Below are positions 18,956-28,832 of a stretch of DNA of 53,037 nucleotides, in pieces. The position numbers and the translations under genes were made by a program. The notes under the pieces were generated by a model. The model was not told the origin of the DNA, ran no database searches, and worked only from the letters and a program-made list of their open reading frames with translations. Where the stretch lies: positions 1 to 53,037 of IMG/VR virus record IMGVR_UViG_3300011338_000290, one strand, 5' to 3'. Each line of letters opens with the position of its first letter. Position 1 is the first letter of the stretch. The stretch is from a virus (Duplodnaviria > Caudoviricetes).

Positions 18956-19600
18956 CTATGGAAGCCTAGATACAAAGGACATCGTAGCCACCACAGACTG
19001 CGTAGACGGCTTAGTTGGCGTGCCAGACGCAGCAAGATGTTGAATGGTTACATCTATTGTGGGTACAGACCAGTAAATCTCAACATAATCCCCCGCAGCC
19101 ATACTTAGAAAATAGTTCCATCCAACAATTTGATGTCCATCCGTCCCTGCGTGTCTATTTGGGATAGAAACAAAGCCTGTTGATCCTGGGATGTCTACCC
19201 CGTTTTGACGTAGCCAAATATAAACATCTTGGAAAGCAGTGTCTGTGTTTCGGAACTGTACGCTGAACTGTAGGTTGTATATACCTGCATTGGCTACCGT
19301 GATCTCAGACGAGTTAATTGACACATTATTGGCAAAATCCGTAGTGTTGAATGTCATTAAGGTGGCTGTGTTTGCCACAGCAGTCTGGTCTTGGTCGCTA
19401 GAAAACGCCCCATATGGAAAACTAAGCCCACTACCGCCTGTAACGTCTAGCAACGATGCAAGGCTATTATCAATCTGGTTAAAGTACAGACGCAGGGCGT
19501 TATTAAGCTGGTCAATGTATTGCTGACGATAGTCTACTGGGGCTACCAGTAGGTTAGGCGCTTTTGGCGGACGAAGCGGGGTGTCTCTATAAACCGTCAT
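18956..19600 (-). CDS. Tail-associated structural protein
   Basis: Follows nozzle gene; coiled N-terminus plus beta-rich (C1q-like) C-terminus with GIYNLQFSVQ. Confidence 0.6.
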   Translation of the reverse strand: MTVYRDTPLRPPKAPNLLVAPVDYRQQYIDQLNNALRLYFNQIDNSLASLLDVTGGSGLSFPYGAFSSDQDQTAVANTATLMTFNTTDFANNVSINSSEITVANAGIYNLQFSVQFRNTDTAFQDVYIWLRQNGVDIPGSTGFVSIPNRHAGTDGHQIVGWNYFLSMAAGDYVEIYWSVPTIDVTIQHLAASGTPTKPSTQSVVATMSFVSRLP

Positions 19601-21819
19601 CTGCGACCATCATTCCTAATATCAATACGTGGGCTACCTAATTGCCAAGCCACACCTAGGGTAGTGGACTCAATCCTAAAGCTCATCTGGCGAGCCCGTA
19701 TGCGGGTATAGACCTGACCATCAAACTCTTGCACGTCATAAGTACGTTGGTTTGTATAGTTCTGGGTACTGGCTACTTGTGGATTATCTGCAACACCATA
19801 AGGCGCACCAGAGTTCCTACGAGGACGCACCGTCATTGTTACGTGGGGTTGGTTTGCGTTAGAGCCGTTAAAGGTCAAGTCGGGTAGTATGCGCCAGACA
19901 AACCCAAAGTTATGCCCATCACCAATGTCAAAGTCAGAAGATTGAATGAAAGCATCAATCGCTACTGGGGTTAACCCTGATACGTCATCAACTGCGGCTT
20001 CGTGGTACAGGATGCGGTTATTAACGCCGTCGGCTGCCATTGGATATTGACGCAGACCAGAATCAAGCCAAGCGGTGCGGTTCATTGTGCCGTACGACCA
20101 TACCCGCTCAAGGTAGTTGTAAATGATGTAGCTATCTACTGTATTACTGTTTTCAGAGCAATAGAACCACCACACTTCGCTATACGCTTCGTTAGAACCA
20201 GCAAATACTTGAAAGGCTTGATCTTTGTTAATGTCGTCAAAAATAAACTGCCAGATAGCGCAGGGAAGGGTTTCAACACGACCAGAGTACATGAAGAACT
20301 TATCCGTACCCATCCAGTAGGTGATGTTGTTAATGGTTATTGCCGCATTAGGCGACATGATTGTGATGTTGTCCTGCAACAACTGGAAGCCCCAGATGTA
20401 GGGTGGTCCTAGGTACTGCATAGAGTAAATAGCCGCATCAGACCAAACCAAGATCTCATGACGGGTTGAGCGAGCCATAATAATGGTTGAGCCGATGTTT
20501 AAGCGGTAGTCACCTGACTGGTTGGTAGCGTCTGGCACCCACAGGAACGGGTTTTCTTGATCTGACCAGCGCACTAACAAGGGGTCAAATGTGCTAGTTG
20601 GGTTTGTTGGGTCGTATGGGTTTGAACCAAAGGCAAGCACAAAGCGTTGAATTGCCGAGCCAATAATTTGGTTGGTTTGATTTGGTACAAAGTCTTGATA
20701 GGTATAGGCAGTACCAGGAACCGTTGCACCTGAAGCTAAAGTACTTAACTCTACTGCCCGTGCGCTAACCCCAGTGCTTGCATCCCAGTAATAAATAGCA
20801 CCGCCCCGTGGGGCAATAATTAAGTCTTCACCAAAGTTATCGTTAGTCCAAAGGCGTAGCTGTTGTCCAATACCCACAGTAGCCGCAGTGCCCCAACCCC
20901 GTACAGGAGCTACAGGCGTAGATACCACAACGGTTCCACCAGAAGCCGCAGTTGATGTGGTTGTAGAAGCTGTTATGGAGCTAATATTAATGGTGTAGGA
21001 ATTGGCACCAGTTACTGTTACAGGGAAAGCTTTTTGAAGAATCAGTCGGTTTATACCGCATGGGTCAGATGCAATACTGACAAAATAGACGTAATCGCCT
21101 GTGGTTAAGCCATGCGCTGTTTGGGCAACTGTAAGGACTTGGATACCTGTAGACGTTGCTGTAAACGGATTAGTTAACGTAGTATTAATGTAGGAGGGCC
21201 AAGTACCAGCGCCCCAGCCAGTGCCAACCACAAACACATCTAAGCCAGTTTGAATTTGAAACGCCATGGTAATAGCCGTGCCACCACCGCCAGATACCGT
21301 AGAAGTTGCTGCTGTAGCTACAGTAAACGTAAAGGTATCAAGGTCTACGTAGGTAATCTGATGCTCGGCATTTAGCTCGGTTGCGGGTATTCCACCTACG
21401 GCAGTAGCGCCACTAATGGTCACAAAATCGTTACTTATACCACCATAGTTAGCATAATTCACCGTAACTACATTAGAGCCATTTGTGGTGTAGATAACAT
21501 TGTTGGTGCTTGGGCTTGAAGAAGTTGTAAACGTAGCACGGATGGGGGTGATGTCGTTATATGCACCGCCTTGCTCAATATAGTATTTAAGATTAGTACC
21601 GACCCCTAATAAGTTAGCGCCTGATAACGTAACCCAGTTCCACATTGCTCGGCAAACACCTTGAAAAATGCTATTAGATAAACGGATCCAGCCACCAATT
21701 TTCTCAGGAAAACCAGAGCGAAAGCGCACTTTGTCGCAAGCATACCAACCACCCTCATTGGAGTAATCAGTGCCTTCTCGATTTACGCCTGGTCTAAATT
21801 GAAGTTTTTGTAATGGCAT
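19597..21819 (-). CDS. Tail nozzle/DNA-stabilisation protein (P22 gp10-like)
   Basis: MPLQKLQFRPGVNRE start, VRWSDQE, YWMG, EVWWFY motifs; position upstream of ejection genes. Confidence 0.7.
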   Translation of the reverse strand: MPLQKLQFRPGVNREGTDYSNEGGWYACDKVRFRSGFPEKIGGWIRLSNSIFQGVCRAMWNWVTLSGANLLGVGTNLKYYIEQGGAYNDITPIRATFTTSSSPSTNNVIYTTNGSNVVTVNYANYGGISNDFVTISGATAVGGIPATELNAEHQITYVDLDTFTFTVATAATSTVSGGGGTAITMAFQIQTGLDVFVVGTGWGAGTWPSYINTTLTNPFTATSTGIQVLTVAQTAHGLTTGDYVYFVSIASDPCGINRLILQKAFPVTVTGANSYTINISSITASTTTSTAASGGTVVVSTPVAPVRGWGTAATVGIGQQLRLWTNDNFGEDLIIAPRGGAIYYWDASTGVSARAVELSTLASGATVPGTAYTYQDFVPNQTNQIIGSAIQRFVLAFGSNPYDPTNPTSTFDPLLVRWSDQENPFLWVPDATNQSGDYRLNIGSTIIMARSTRHEILVWSDAAIYSMQYLGPPYIWGFQLLQDNITIMSPNAAITINNITYWMGTDKFFMYSGRVETLPCAIWQFIFDDINKDQAFQVFAGSNEAYSEVWWFYCSENSNTVDSYIIYNYLERVWSYGTMNRTAWLDSGLRQYPMAADGVNNRILYHEAAVDDVSGLTPVAIDAFIQSSDFDIGDGHNFGFVWRILPDLTFNGSNANQPHVTMTVRPRRNSGAPYGVADNPQVASTQNYTNQRTYDVQEFDGQVYTRIRARQMSFRIESTTLGVAWQLGSPRIDIRNDGRR

Positions 21820-21827
21820 GGTTTACC

Positions 21828-22304
21828 CTAGGATAAAAATAAGGCACGTTCATCGTTTCTACGAATGACTAAGCCTTTTAGCACTTTACCGCCAGCGAGC
21901 GTATATTTCAAGAACTCTTCTGCCGCCCCTTCCATTTCACCCCGAATAACCTTTTGACGGAGGGTTGAGCGCTGTAGTGTTCCCAGACCAACATTAAAGC
22001 TAAAGCTAACAAGAGCATCGAACTGACCTTGAGTGAGCTTAACGGGACAGTAGCGCTCCACACCTCGTTCAAAGCGATTAAGATCGTCTCTAAGAATGTC
22101 ATCTACTTCCTCCATCGAAAAGGTACGGTCATCTTTATATTCAAGTGGGTAGGCATCCCGCTCTTCCATTTTTAACTGAGCCTGACGGGGATAAAGCACA
22201 TGACCAACGCCCACCGTATGCAACTTGGCGGGACAGCGATATGGACGCTGGCGGACACCCTCGTGGTGTTTAATCATTTTGATGGCTTTATCGCTTACTT
22301 TCAT
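21828..22304 (-). CDS. Endolysin, GH24 lysozyme
   Basis: HEG...YRCPA..TVGVGH, QFDALVSFSFNVG, GLVIRRNDE. Confidence 0.92.
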   Translation of the reverse strand: MKVSDKAIKMIKHHEGVRQRPYRCPAKLHTVGVGHVLYPRQAQLKMEERDAYPLEYKDDRTFSMEEVDDILRDDLNRFERGVERYCPVKLTQGQFDALVSFSFNVGLGTLQRSTLRQKVIRGEMEGAAEEFLKYTLAGGKVLKGLVIRRNDERALFLS

Positions 22305-22786
22305 TTCTTACTAAAGGCTTGAGTTCCAAACCAAAAAGAAACAATACTTGCCCAAATGATCTGGGTTTCGTTATCCCATAGGAGGTTAAGCGCTACGTCA
22401 AACGACACTTCCCGATGAAAGGCAAACCAGAACCCAAAGATCTCGACAAACATAAACATGATGAACATCCCATAGGTAATGGCGGGCCTAACCATCGCTC
22501 TAGAATTAACCACCCACTGGGACGCACCCTTGCCTATCTCGATGTCGTGCTGGTACAAAGACGCTCTTTCTTCGGCTTGGGTCTGCATAGCGACCTGCTC
22601 GGTTCTGATCTCTGCGACATGGGCTTGGGCTTGGAAGCCTTTCTCCATCATTTGGAGTTCCCGTTCGGTCTGCAAACGAGCCATTTCCATCTCATGCTTC
22701 TTGTCGGCTTTGTCTTGGAAAAACCCTAGTAAATTAGGCAGCCCGCCCGATAGGAACGATATAAGGGTAGTAAATAGGGTAATCAT
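22301..22786 (-). CDS. Putative holin (GTA-type 3TM family)
   Basis: VRPAITY followed by TM helices and FWFG end; adjacent to lysozyme. Confidence 0.7.
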   Translation of the reverse strand: MITLFTTLISFLSGGLPNLLGFFQDKADKKHEMEMARLQTERELQMMEKGFQAQAHVAEIRTEQVAMQTQAEERASLYQHDIEIGKGASQWVVNSRAMVRPAITYGMFIMFMFVEIFGFWFAFHREVSFDVALNLLWDNETQIIWASIVSFWFGTQAFSKK

Positions 22787-23043
22787 TTCTTTCCTCTTTC
22801 TTCAAGGAGCTTGACCCGCACGTGCAGATCATGGATTTCTTTGTATAACTCTTCCCGCTGTTTTGCTCTACGCTCGGCTGAAATGGGGCTGTCAGTCGGT
22901 ACGCCTTCAGAAGTAATTAGGGCTGGCATCTTGCCCTCAATTTGGGTAAGACGGGTTTGGAATGAGGACACTTGACCTAAAAGCCAAGCGATACAGGCTA
23001 CCAAAATAGGGATGATTGCCTTTAAAACATCTTGCATATTCAT
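22783..23043 (-). CDS. Small membrane-anchored coiled-coil protein (lysis cassette)
   Basis: N-terminal hydrophobic helix; ATGA overlaps on both sides. Confidence 0.6.
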   Translation of the reverse strand: MNMQDVLKAIIPILVACIAWLLGQVSSFQTRLTQIEGKMPALITSEGVPTDSPISAERRAKQREELYKEIHDLHVRVKLLEERGKK

Positions 23044-23492
23044 TTTTTAGACCCCCATACCATGTAATAAGCTATCCATGCAGCTACTAAAAAACACCAG
23101 AACTGCACCCATTTAACCTTTGACAACTCCGCATCAAAATACTTGCGGTCTTCCTTCTCTAGCTTCTCAATCTCCGTCTTGATGTCTATCAGCTTCTGCC
23201 ACTCTTTTGTGCCGTACTGCTTGATAAAGTCAATCCGTAACTTATACTCCTCGTCCGTAATCTTCTTACGGTGTTTATATTCTTCAAGGGCTTTAAATAT
23301 CGCCCGTTCTTTCCTTAACTCTGCTTCTCTGCGCTCACGAATCTTGGCATTTGCCCGATCCTTTGCTACATCTACTGCTTCCTTCTGAACATCCTCGATG
23401 TTCTTACCAATTTCCCGCCCAGCCTCACGCCCAGTCTTAAGCCCCTCGCTGATCCCCTTGGCACCAGCCGCTAACCCCAGTTCGTCTGCCAT
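23040..23492 (-). CDS. Hypothetical protein with C-terminal TM helix
   Basis: Charged helical body, WVQFWCFLVAAWIAYYMVW terminus. Confidence 0.65.
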   Translation of the reverse strand: MADELGLAAGAKGISEGLKTGREAGREIGKNIEDVQKEAVDVAKDRANAKIRERREAELRKERAIFKALEEYKHRKKITDEEYKLRIDFIKQYGTKEWQKLIDIKTEIEKLEKEDRKYFDAELSKVKWVQFWCFLVAAWIAYYMVWGSKK

Positions 23493-23510
23493 ATATCACT
23501 ATTTGCGCCT

Positions 23511-24602
23511 TTAGGTTTTGATGATGAAGTTAATACCAAGATACGGTGGCAGGTTGGCGTTGGTTGCGCTTGAACCTTCTGTGCTGTTTGTTCCTGATGG
23601 GGTTCCAGCAGAAGTTGAAGTTGTATCTAATGCTACAGAACCGTTAAGATTTTCACCAATAAATGGGTTTGACAACATATACGGCGTTGCGTTATTACTT
23701 TTACTTGTTTGGTTAAATGTTGTTGCGTGGTTATGGGTTCCAAGAGCATTACCTGTAAACGTATGGGTGTGGCTTACCAGCGTTGCATTTGCGCTACCGC
23801 CTGTGGCTCCAATGGTTGTTCCGTAAGGCATGCGGTTGGTATAGTTTGGCACGTTAAACGTTGTAGACCCGTCACCAGAACCAAAAGTTGTACTTACTAT
23901 TGCAAACAACGCAGCATAGGTTGAACGAGATACGGCAGAGCCATCACACAATAAAAACCCACTTGGCGCTGAGGCAGTAGACCACATAACCAAGCCACCA
24001 GTTGGCACCCCGTTAGCCAGCACAAAAGCCGTAGTCGCTATCTGGGTTGTATTAGTTCCAGCCGCAGCAGTCGGCGCTGTGGGAGTTCCTGTAAAAGCAG
24101 GTGAAACCGAGGATATAGCCCCTGAAAATACGCCCGTTGTGCCAGTCAAAGCGCCAGTAACGCCTAGAGTACCGTTAACCGTAAAGTTACCAACCGTGCC
24201 TGATAAAGCCGTGAAAAAATTAGTTCCGTCGCAGTAGACTGTGGTAGTGATGCCGTTTGGTATGACTACGCCTGTACCAGAAGCACCGATAATTTGCACC
24301 GCAAAGCCACCAGACGTGCTGTTTTTGATGGTATAAGTTTTTTCTACCAAGGGGGCGATTAGGTTGCGCTGGGCGGTGTTTGTGCCTGTTAGCACAATAA
24401 CTTGATTACGAGCCTCGTCTGACACCCCGTTAAAGTTAGTCATCGTGTAGTTAGCGTCAACCATGGTAATGGTCACAACGCCCGCAATGGCTTGTTCTAT
24501 AAGGGTTCCTAGGTTGGTGTTGGTCGTTTGACCCCAGATACCAGACTGGTCGCCGTCACCGATTAACTCGATGCGTAATGAAGGTGAAAAGGTAGATGCC
24601 AT
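23511..24602 (-). CDS. Tail fibre with tail-collar domain
   Basis: APSGFLLCDGSAVSRSTYAALF...GDGSTTFNVP collar; NLPPYLGINFIIKT end. Confidence 0.85.
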   Translation of the reverse strand: MASTFSPSLRIELIGDGDQSGIWGQTTNTNLGTLIEQAIAGVVTITMVDANYTMTNFNGVSDEARNQVIVLTGTNTAQRNLIAPLVEKTYTIKNSTSGGFAVQIIGASGTGVVIPNGITTTVYCDGTNFFTALSGTVGNFTVNGTLGVTGALTGTTGVFSGAISSVSPAFTGTPTAPTAAAGTNTTQIATTAFVLANGVPTGGLVMWSTASAPSGFLLCDGSAVSRSTYAALFAIVSTTFGSGDGSTTFNVPNYTNRMPYGTTIGATGGSANATLVSHTHTFTGNALGTHNHATTFNQTSKSNNATPYMLSNPFIGENLNGSVALDTTSTSAGTPSGTNSTEGSSATNANLPPYLGINFIIKT

Positions 24603-24618
24603 ATTAAGTCCTTACTCT

Positions 24619-25347
24619 TTATTCCTGCGTGTTATCAATTACCACCCAATTAGGATCTTGGCTATTTCCGATGTTCTGCCAAGTAACGCTTTGTGTATTA
24701 TTTATAGCTTGCCAAGTCACAGTCTGGTCATCATCAATTCTAAACCAACCACGGGCAATATGCGACTCCGTAATGGTCATTAACTCTTGTATTAACGGGG
24801 CAAAATCAACCTGACCCGCAAAAGTGTCGGACAGAGTAAACGCCTCATTATTGACTACAACAATATCAATTAAGCCCGTATAGGCATCGGTGTAGGTAAT
24901 CAGGTCTTCGACTGACGGGTTAAATGTTGCACTGCCACCATAAACATCGGTAAACGTAACGGTATCGGCATTATCTTGTGGGAAGTTACCTGTACCTGCG
25001 TATTCATCAGTTAGGGTTAGGGTTTCGGCATTAGTGCCAGCAAAGTCCACAGGTCCATCGTAAACGTCCGAGAAAGTAAAAGAGTCGTCTTGGGCAACTA
25101 GTAAATCAGCAACACCAGCAGATTGGTCGTCTAATGAGTAGTTCTCTGAATTGGTAACAAAGAAATCAAAGGTTGTAGCACCGCCGTCAGAATCGGCTAG
25201 GGCAAAAGACTCATCATACAAACCTTGGAAAGCTACTTGAGCTGCATAAACGTCAGACAGGGTAAAGCTCTCAGCTAAGTCAACCGGGAAGGCTGTACCC
25301 CCCAATGAAGCAAAGGGTGACTGGGCGAATGCTGAGATTCCGAACAT
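24619..25347 (-). CDS. Acidic repeat-containing tail-associated protein
   Basis: MFGISAFAQSPFA start; repeated (E/D)-(S/T)-x-T-(L/F)-(S/T)-D-x-Y units about every 24 aa. Confidence 0.65.
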   Translation of the reverse strand: MFGISAFAQSPFASLGGTAFPVDLAESFTLSDVYAAQVAFQGLYDESFALADSDGGATTFDFFVTNSENYSLDDQSAGVADLLVAQDDSFTFSDVYDGPVDFAGTNAETLTLTDEYAGTGNFPQDNADTVTFTDVYGGSATFNPSVEDLITYTDAYTGLIDIVVVNNEAFTLSDTFAGQVDFAPLIQELMTITESHIARGWFRIDDDQTVTWQAINNTQSVTWQNIGNSQDPNWVVIDNTQE

Positions 25348-25811
25348 TACTGTTTTATCTCAAGGAGGGTTATGGTTGAAACGGCACTACCTAATTGCAC
25401 ATATGCCGCAGAACCGCCTGATGGTGTTCTAAATTGTGTTTTATAAGTTGTTGATGATGTAGTGGCTGGTGAATCTAAATAAGCAGTGGAAACACTACCA
25501 AAATAATTGGCTGTTCCTTCTCCCGTATTTCCGTCATCTTCTCCCATTTGCGCAATATTGGTTGCGCCTCTAAACAACCTTATAGATACTTGCTGATTGC
25601 CTGCTTTTCCAACACCGTTTTGACTTACAATAACTAATATTTTGCTAGTTGCGCTAGTTGGAGTAATAGAAGCTGTTAGCCCAGTATCTGCATAAGTACT
25701 TGATGTGTTTGTTGTAAAAGTTGAGTAGGTCGCATTTACCGTCTGAATCACAGACCCCGTAGGCATGCCACTAGCTGGAACCCCAGTATCGCCACTTAGA
25801 ATTAAAGGCAT
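25347..25811 (-). CDS. Tail-fibre-associated protein
   Basis: GSVIQTV...ITPTSATSKILV...DSPATTSSTTYK...ITLLEI pattern. Confidence 0.7.
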   Translation of the reverse strand: MPLILSGDTGVPASGMPTGSVIQTVNATYSTFTTNTSSTYADTGLTASITPTSATSKILVIVSQNGVGKAGNQQVSIRLFRGATNIAQMGEDDGNTGEGTANYFGSVSTAYLDSPATTSSTTYKTQFRTPSGGSAAYVQLGSAVSTITLLEIKQ

Positions 25812-25814
25812 AAT

Positions 25815-26351
25815 TTACCCCACCAAGAAGCCACAGAAGTAGCCTGAGTTATCAATGATTACATTACCAGCAGGGCAATCCGTTTTAAATTGAACTGCAT
25901 CGTTTACATTTAAGTAATATTGGAGAGAAATAATATAGGTAAGGTTTCCAGAGCTTACCCCAGAAGCGTCTGTATATGCACCTGCTCCTGAAAGAATAGA
26001 CCCATTAATAAACATGTTCATAGCAAAATATGCAAGGCCATTTCTACTAACCCATATTTTTGCAGTCAGACTATAAAATCCAGCAACTGGGGCTGTAAAT
26101 GTATTTGTACTTGTGCTGTATGCAGAACCAATATTAGTAATGGCTGTATCAAAAGTAATTACAGTGCCACTAGGAACAGTCTGTACTCCAGTCTTTTTAG
26201 CGTAAAAAGCAGTGCGTAGTGGAGTAAGTGGCCTGCCAGAAGCGTCTAAAGTAAGCGAAGTCACCCCAGCATTTTGAAGCGCTATTGCGCCTGAGTTGTC
26301 AGGTGTAGTAATCAGACCAGACGAGGTTGAGGCGTTGATTGTTGTTGTCAT
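25815..26351 (-). CDS. C1q-like domain tail protein
   Basis: ITFD..TNIGSAY...FTAPVAGFY, terminal FCGFLVG. Confidence 0.75.
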   Translation of the reverse strand: MTTTINASTSSGLITTPDNSGAIALQNAGVTSLTLDASGRPLTPLRTAFYAKKTGVQTVPSGTVITFDTAITNIGSAYSTSTNTFTAPVAGFYSLTAKIWVSRNGLAYFAMNMFINGSILSGAGAYTDASGVSSGNLTYIISLQYYLNVNDAVQFKTDCPAGNVIIDNSGYFCGFLVG

Positions 26352-26872
26352 TATGCAGCCCTCAAAAGACAGCCGTTAAAGTAAGTGAAAGCTATACCTG
26401 CATCTAATGCTTGCCCACCACGTATAAACCCATAGGCTTCAATGTAATCAGTAGAGCCATTGCAATACACAAGAGTATTTGCGGTAAATAAACCAGAAGT
26501 ACCGTCAACGTTTCCAGTTGAAAACCCTTGCTTGTAACGGCTACCGTTTTTATAGATTGCCAAATTACCCGTAGTAAAAAATGCTCCTACTTGAAATGCC
26601 GCATTTATTTGGTAATAGCCAGCAACGGTAGGGGTAAATGTAGAGTTTGCAAAGTTATTGTTTGTGTCAAATTCTTCTGTTTCAAATAACAGTTTTGTAT
26701 ATGTTGAAGAACCAAGCGTTTGACTGCCAGTTTTATAAGCACTAAACGCAGGGCCAGCTACGTTCAACGTACCAGACTGCGGAGCCAAAGTAATAGTAGT
26801 AGACCCCGAAACCGCTGGAGCTTGCAGAACCACAGAGCCCGATGTATCGCCAAGGATAGTCAAATTACTCAT
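26351..26872 (-). CDS. C1q-like domain tail protein
   Basis: GPAFSAY, EEFDTNNNF..FTPTVAGYY, FNGCLL; start set at the ATGA overlap (MSNLTIL). Confidence 0.75.
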   Translation of the reverse strand: MSNLTILGDTSGSVVLQAPAVSGSTTITLAPQSGTLNVAGPAFSAYKTGSQTLGSSTYTKLLFETEEFDTNNNFANSTFTPTVAGYYQINAAFQVGAFFTTGNLAIYKNGSRYKQGFSTGNVDGTSGLFTANTLVYCNGSTDYIEAYGFIRGGQALDAGIAFTYFNGCLLRAA

Positions 26873-27081
26873 AAAATTACCCACCTAGAACCTGAAGGAA
26901 TTGTTACGCTGACGCCACTTGCGATTGTGATTGGTCCTGTAGACATAGCGCTTGAGCCAGCCGTAATTGTGTAGTTAGTGCTAATCGTTTGGGTGTTCTC
27001 GTATACAGGCACGGATGGAGCAAACGCAACAGTACCCGACCCACCACCAATCATCGCACTTTGGACTTTAGTTAATGGCAT
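26869..27081 (-). CDS. Small tail-fibre-associated protein
   Basis: ENTQTISTNYTI...GPITI..GVSVTIPSGSRW pattern. Confidence 0.7.
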   Translation of the reverse strand: MPLTKVQSAMIGGGSGTVAFAPSVPVYENTQTISTNYTITAGSSAMSTGPITIASGVSVTIPSGSRWVIL

Positions 27082-27284
27082 TAGGGTAGCTCCTTCACAT
27101 AGTCTTTAGCATCAGTCATCACATTCCCATCCGCATCAAGAAGTTGGGCTTCGTCAGCAAGGATTTCTTTCTTGAAGTTTGCGTAGTCGGTGTTGGCTTG
27201 GTCGAATGGGATGAAAGCGTTGTCGGATAAACGCTCTACGCAATTAACTTGTTTTGTGTCTGGTTGTATGCAAAGTTTATACAT
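27081..27284 (-). CDS. Putative tail-fibre assembly chaperone
   Basis: AFIPFDQANTDY motif, directly after a fibre gene. Confidence 0.6.
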   Translation of the reverse strand: MYKLCIQPDTKQVNCVERLSDNAFIPFDQANTDYANFKKEILADEAQLLDADGNVMTDAKDYVKELP

Positions 27285-27292
27285 GATATTCC

Positions 27293-28345
27293 TTATAGTT
27301 CAATCGCAGCAGTATATGTAAAATAATAAGCTGTGCCTGCGGTTGCCGATGTGGAATAACCAACAAACCCGTCTGTATTTGGACCAAGATAATATCCACC
27401 TAAACCACCAGCAGCTCCTGTTGCTACATAAGTTACTGTTGGGTTTGCTCGTTTAGTTACTTTGAACACACCAGAATAAACACCATAGTTATCTGAACTT
27501 CTTGAACCAGCACCAGTAATGCCAGTTTCATAATACCTCTGACACAAAGCCAATTCAGTTCCATAAGGTCTGTAATCAAAGCTAGTAGCTGTAGAGCCTA
27601 CTTCGAGTTGAACTCCTGTGATGTAGAATGTTGCTCCGTTTGTTCCGACTACGGATGTTGCTCCTGTGGCTGATAAAACATTAATTGATTGCCAAGAGCC
27701 AGCAGTCCCACTTAAAGAAGAACCAACACCCATACCAAACCATAGATAAGCACCAGCACCATTTGTTGTGTAATAAGTTCCGCTAGTATCGCCAACTATA
27801 GTTATTGATTTTTGTTCCCAAGTGTTTGCAGAAGAAATTGTGTATGTAAATGGGTATGAACGACCCACATCGCTAGATTCAATAGAGCCGCCAAAAGTCC
27901 CAGTTAAACTAGATTGAACCCAAAAAGATAAAGTAACTGTTTTAGCATTTGCAGTTCCCCAATTAAGGTCTGCCATGTTATAGCCTTCAATTGGCTGACC
28001 AATTGCATAGTAATCACTTGAACCTAATGAAGTTGTGGCTAATGAAGTAACTTTCAATGAATTAACAAATCCTGCTGGAGCAGTAGAACTTTGTTGCAAT
28101 GAATATTTAGAAGCAGTTGAAGTTTGATAATTCCACCTATCTAATACATAAGTTCTAGCGGCAGTTGTTGTTGCAGTAACACTAGCACCAGCATTACGCT
28201 GGTCAATCACCATCGCACCATTGATGATTCTGTTCTTGAACCCAGTCACGCCCGCAGTAGTACCTGTACCCCCACCAGTAGAGGCAAGAATACCAGTCGT
28301 ACCTGCGTTAGTACCGAGAGCGCCTAAGTTAGCTGCTTGTGTCAT
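27293..28345 (-). CDS. Tail fibre/receptor-binding protein
   Basis: KNRIINGAMVIDQR...ITGVQLEVGSTATSF...ELALCQRYY carbohydrate-binding-type module. Confidence 0.8.
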   Translation of the reverse strand: MTQAANLGALGTNAGTTGILASTGGGTGTTAGVTGFKNRIINGAMVIDQRNAGASVTATTTAARTYVLDRWNYQTSTASKYSLQQSSTAPAGFVNSLKVTSLATTSLGSSDYYAIGQPIEGYNMADLNWGTANAKTVTLSFWVQSSLTGTFGGSIESSDVGRSYPFTYTISSANTWEQKSITIVGDTSGTYYTTNGAGAYLWFGMGVGSSLSGTAGSWQSINVLSATGATSVVGTNGATFYITGVQLEVGSTATSFDYRPYGTELALCQRYYETGITGAGSRSSDNYGVYSGVFKVTKRANPTVTYVATGAAGGLGGYYLGPNTDGFVGYSTSATAGTAYYFTYTAAIEL

Positions 28346-28569
28346 GCTGTTACTCCTAACGCTTTTAACTCGTCAAGTGTGGTTGCTTGGTCAGCTAGTT
28401 GGGTAATATCTCTAAGTCTTTGCTTTTTAGCTACGATTGCAGTTGTGTCTGCACCAGACTCTAATGCTCGTTGAAACGCAACATCTTGGGCTTCTAGCAA
28501 AGGTTTACGCTCTGCTCTTAGACGGTCTTTAGTAATTGCTTTGGCTTTGTTTAGATTAATCGTAATCAT
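28342..28569 (-). CDS. Putative tail-fibre assembly chaperone
   Basis: RAERKPLL...KQRLRDIT pattern. Confidence 0.65.
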   Translation of the reverse strand: MITINLNKAKAITKDRLRAERKPLLEAQDVAFQRALESGADTTAIVAKKQRLRDITQLADQATTLDELKALGVTA

Positions 28570-28823
28570 GCTTGCTCCTTAACAGCTTGCTCTGCAAACC
28601 ATGCGTCTGCTCCGATACCAACACCATCTGGGTTGCTAAAGTCAGCTTCCCAAGCATTAAAGAATTCGTTGTATTGCTCAGGTAAGTCTGCGGAATCAAC
28701 AACTTTATAAGGCACACCCGCTGGAACATCTTTGCGGCATACCTCTTCGATTGCTAGTTCGCCAGTTGGGTAAACCACGGCTACAGAACCGTTTTCTTGT
28801 GGGTAAATAATTACTTGTGCCAT
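28566..28823 (-). CDS. Putative tail-fibre assembly chaperone
   Basis: KDVPAGVPYKVVD...LP...FFNAW pattern. Confidence 0.6.
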   Translation of the reverse strand: MAQVIIYPQENGSVAVVYPTGELAIEEVCRKDVPAGVPYKVVDSADLPEQYNEFFNAWEADFSNPDGVGIGADAWFAEQAVKEQA

Positions 28824-28832
28824 GTTTATTCC

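Noticed and set aside
18907-19035. N-terminal extension of the 631-aa ORF
   Set aside because: Overlaps the upstream gene and looks non-coding; the RBS supports ATG 18906
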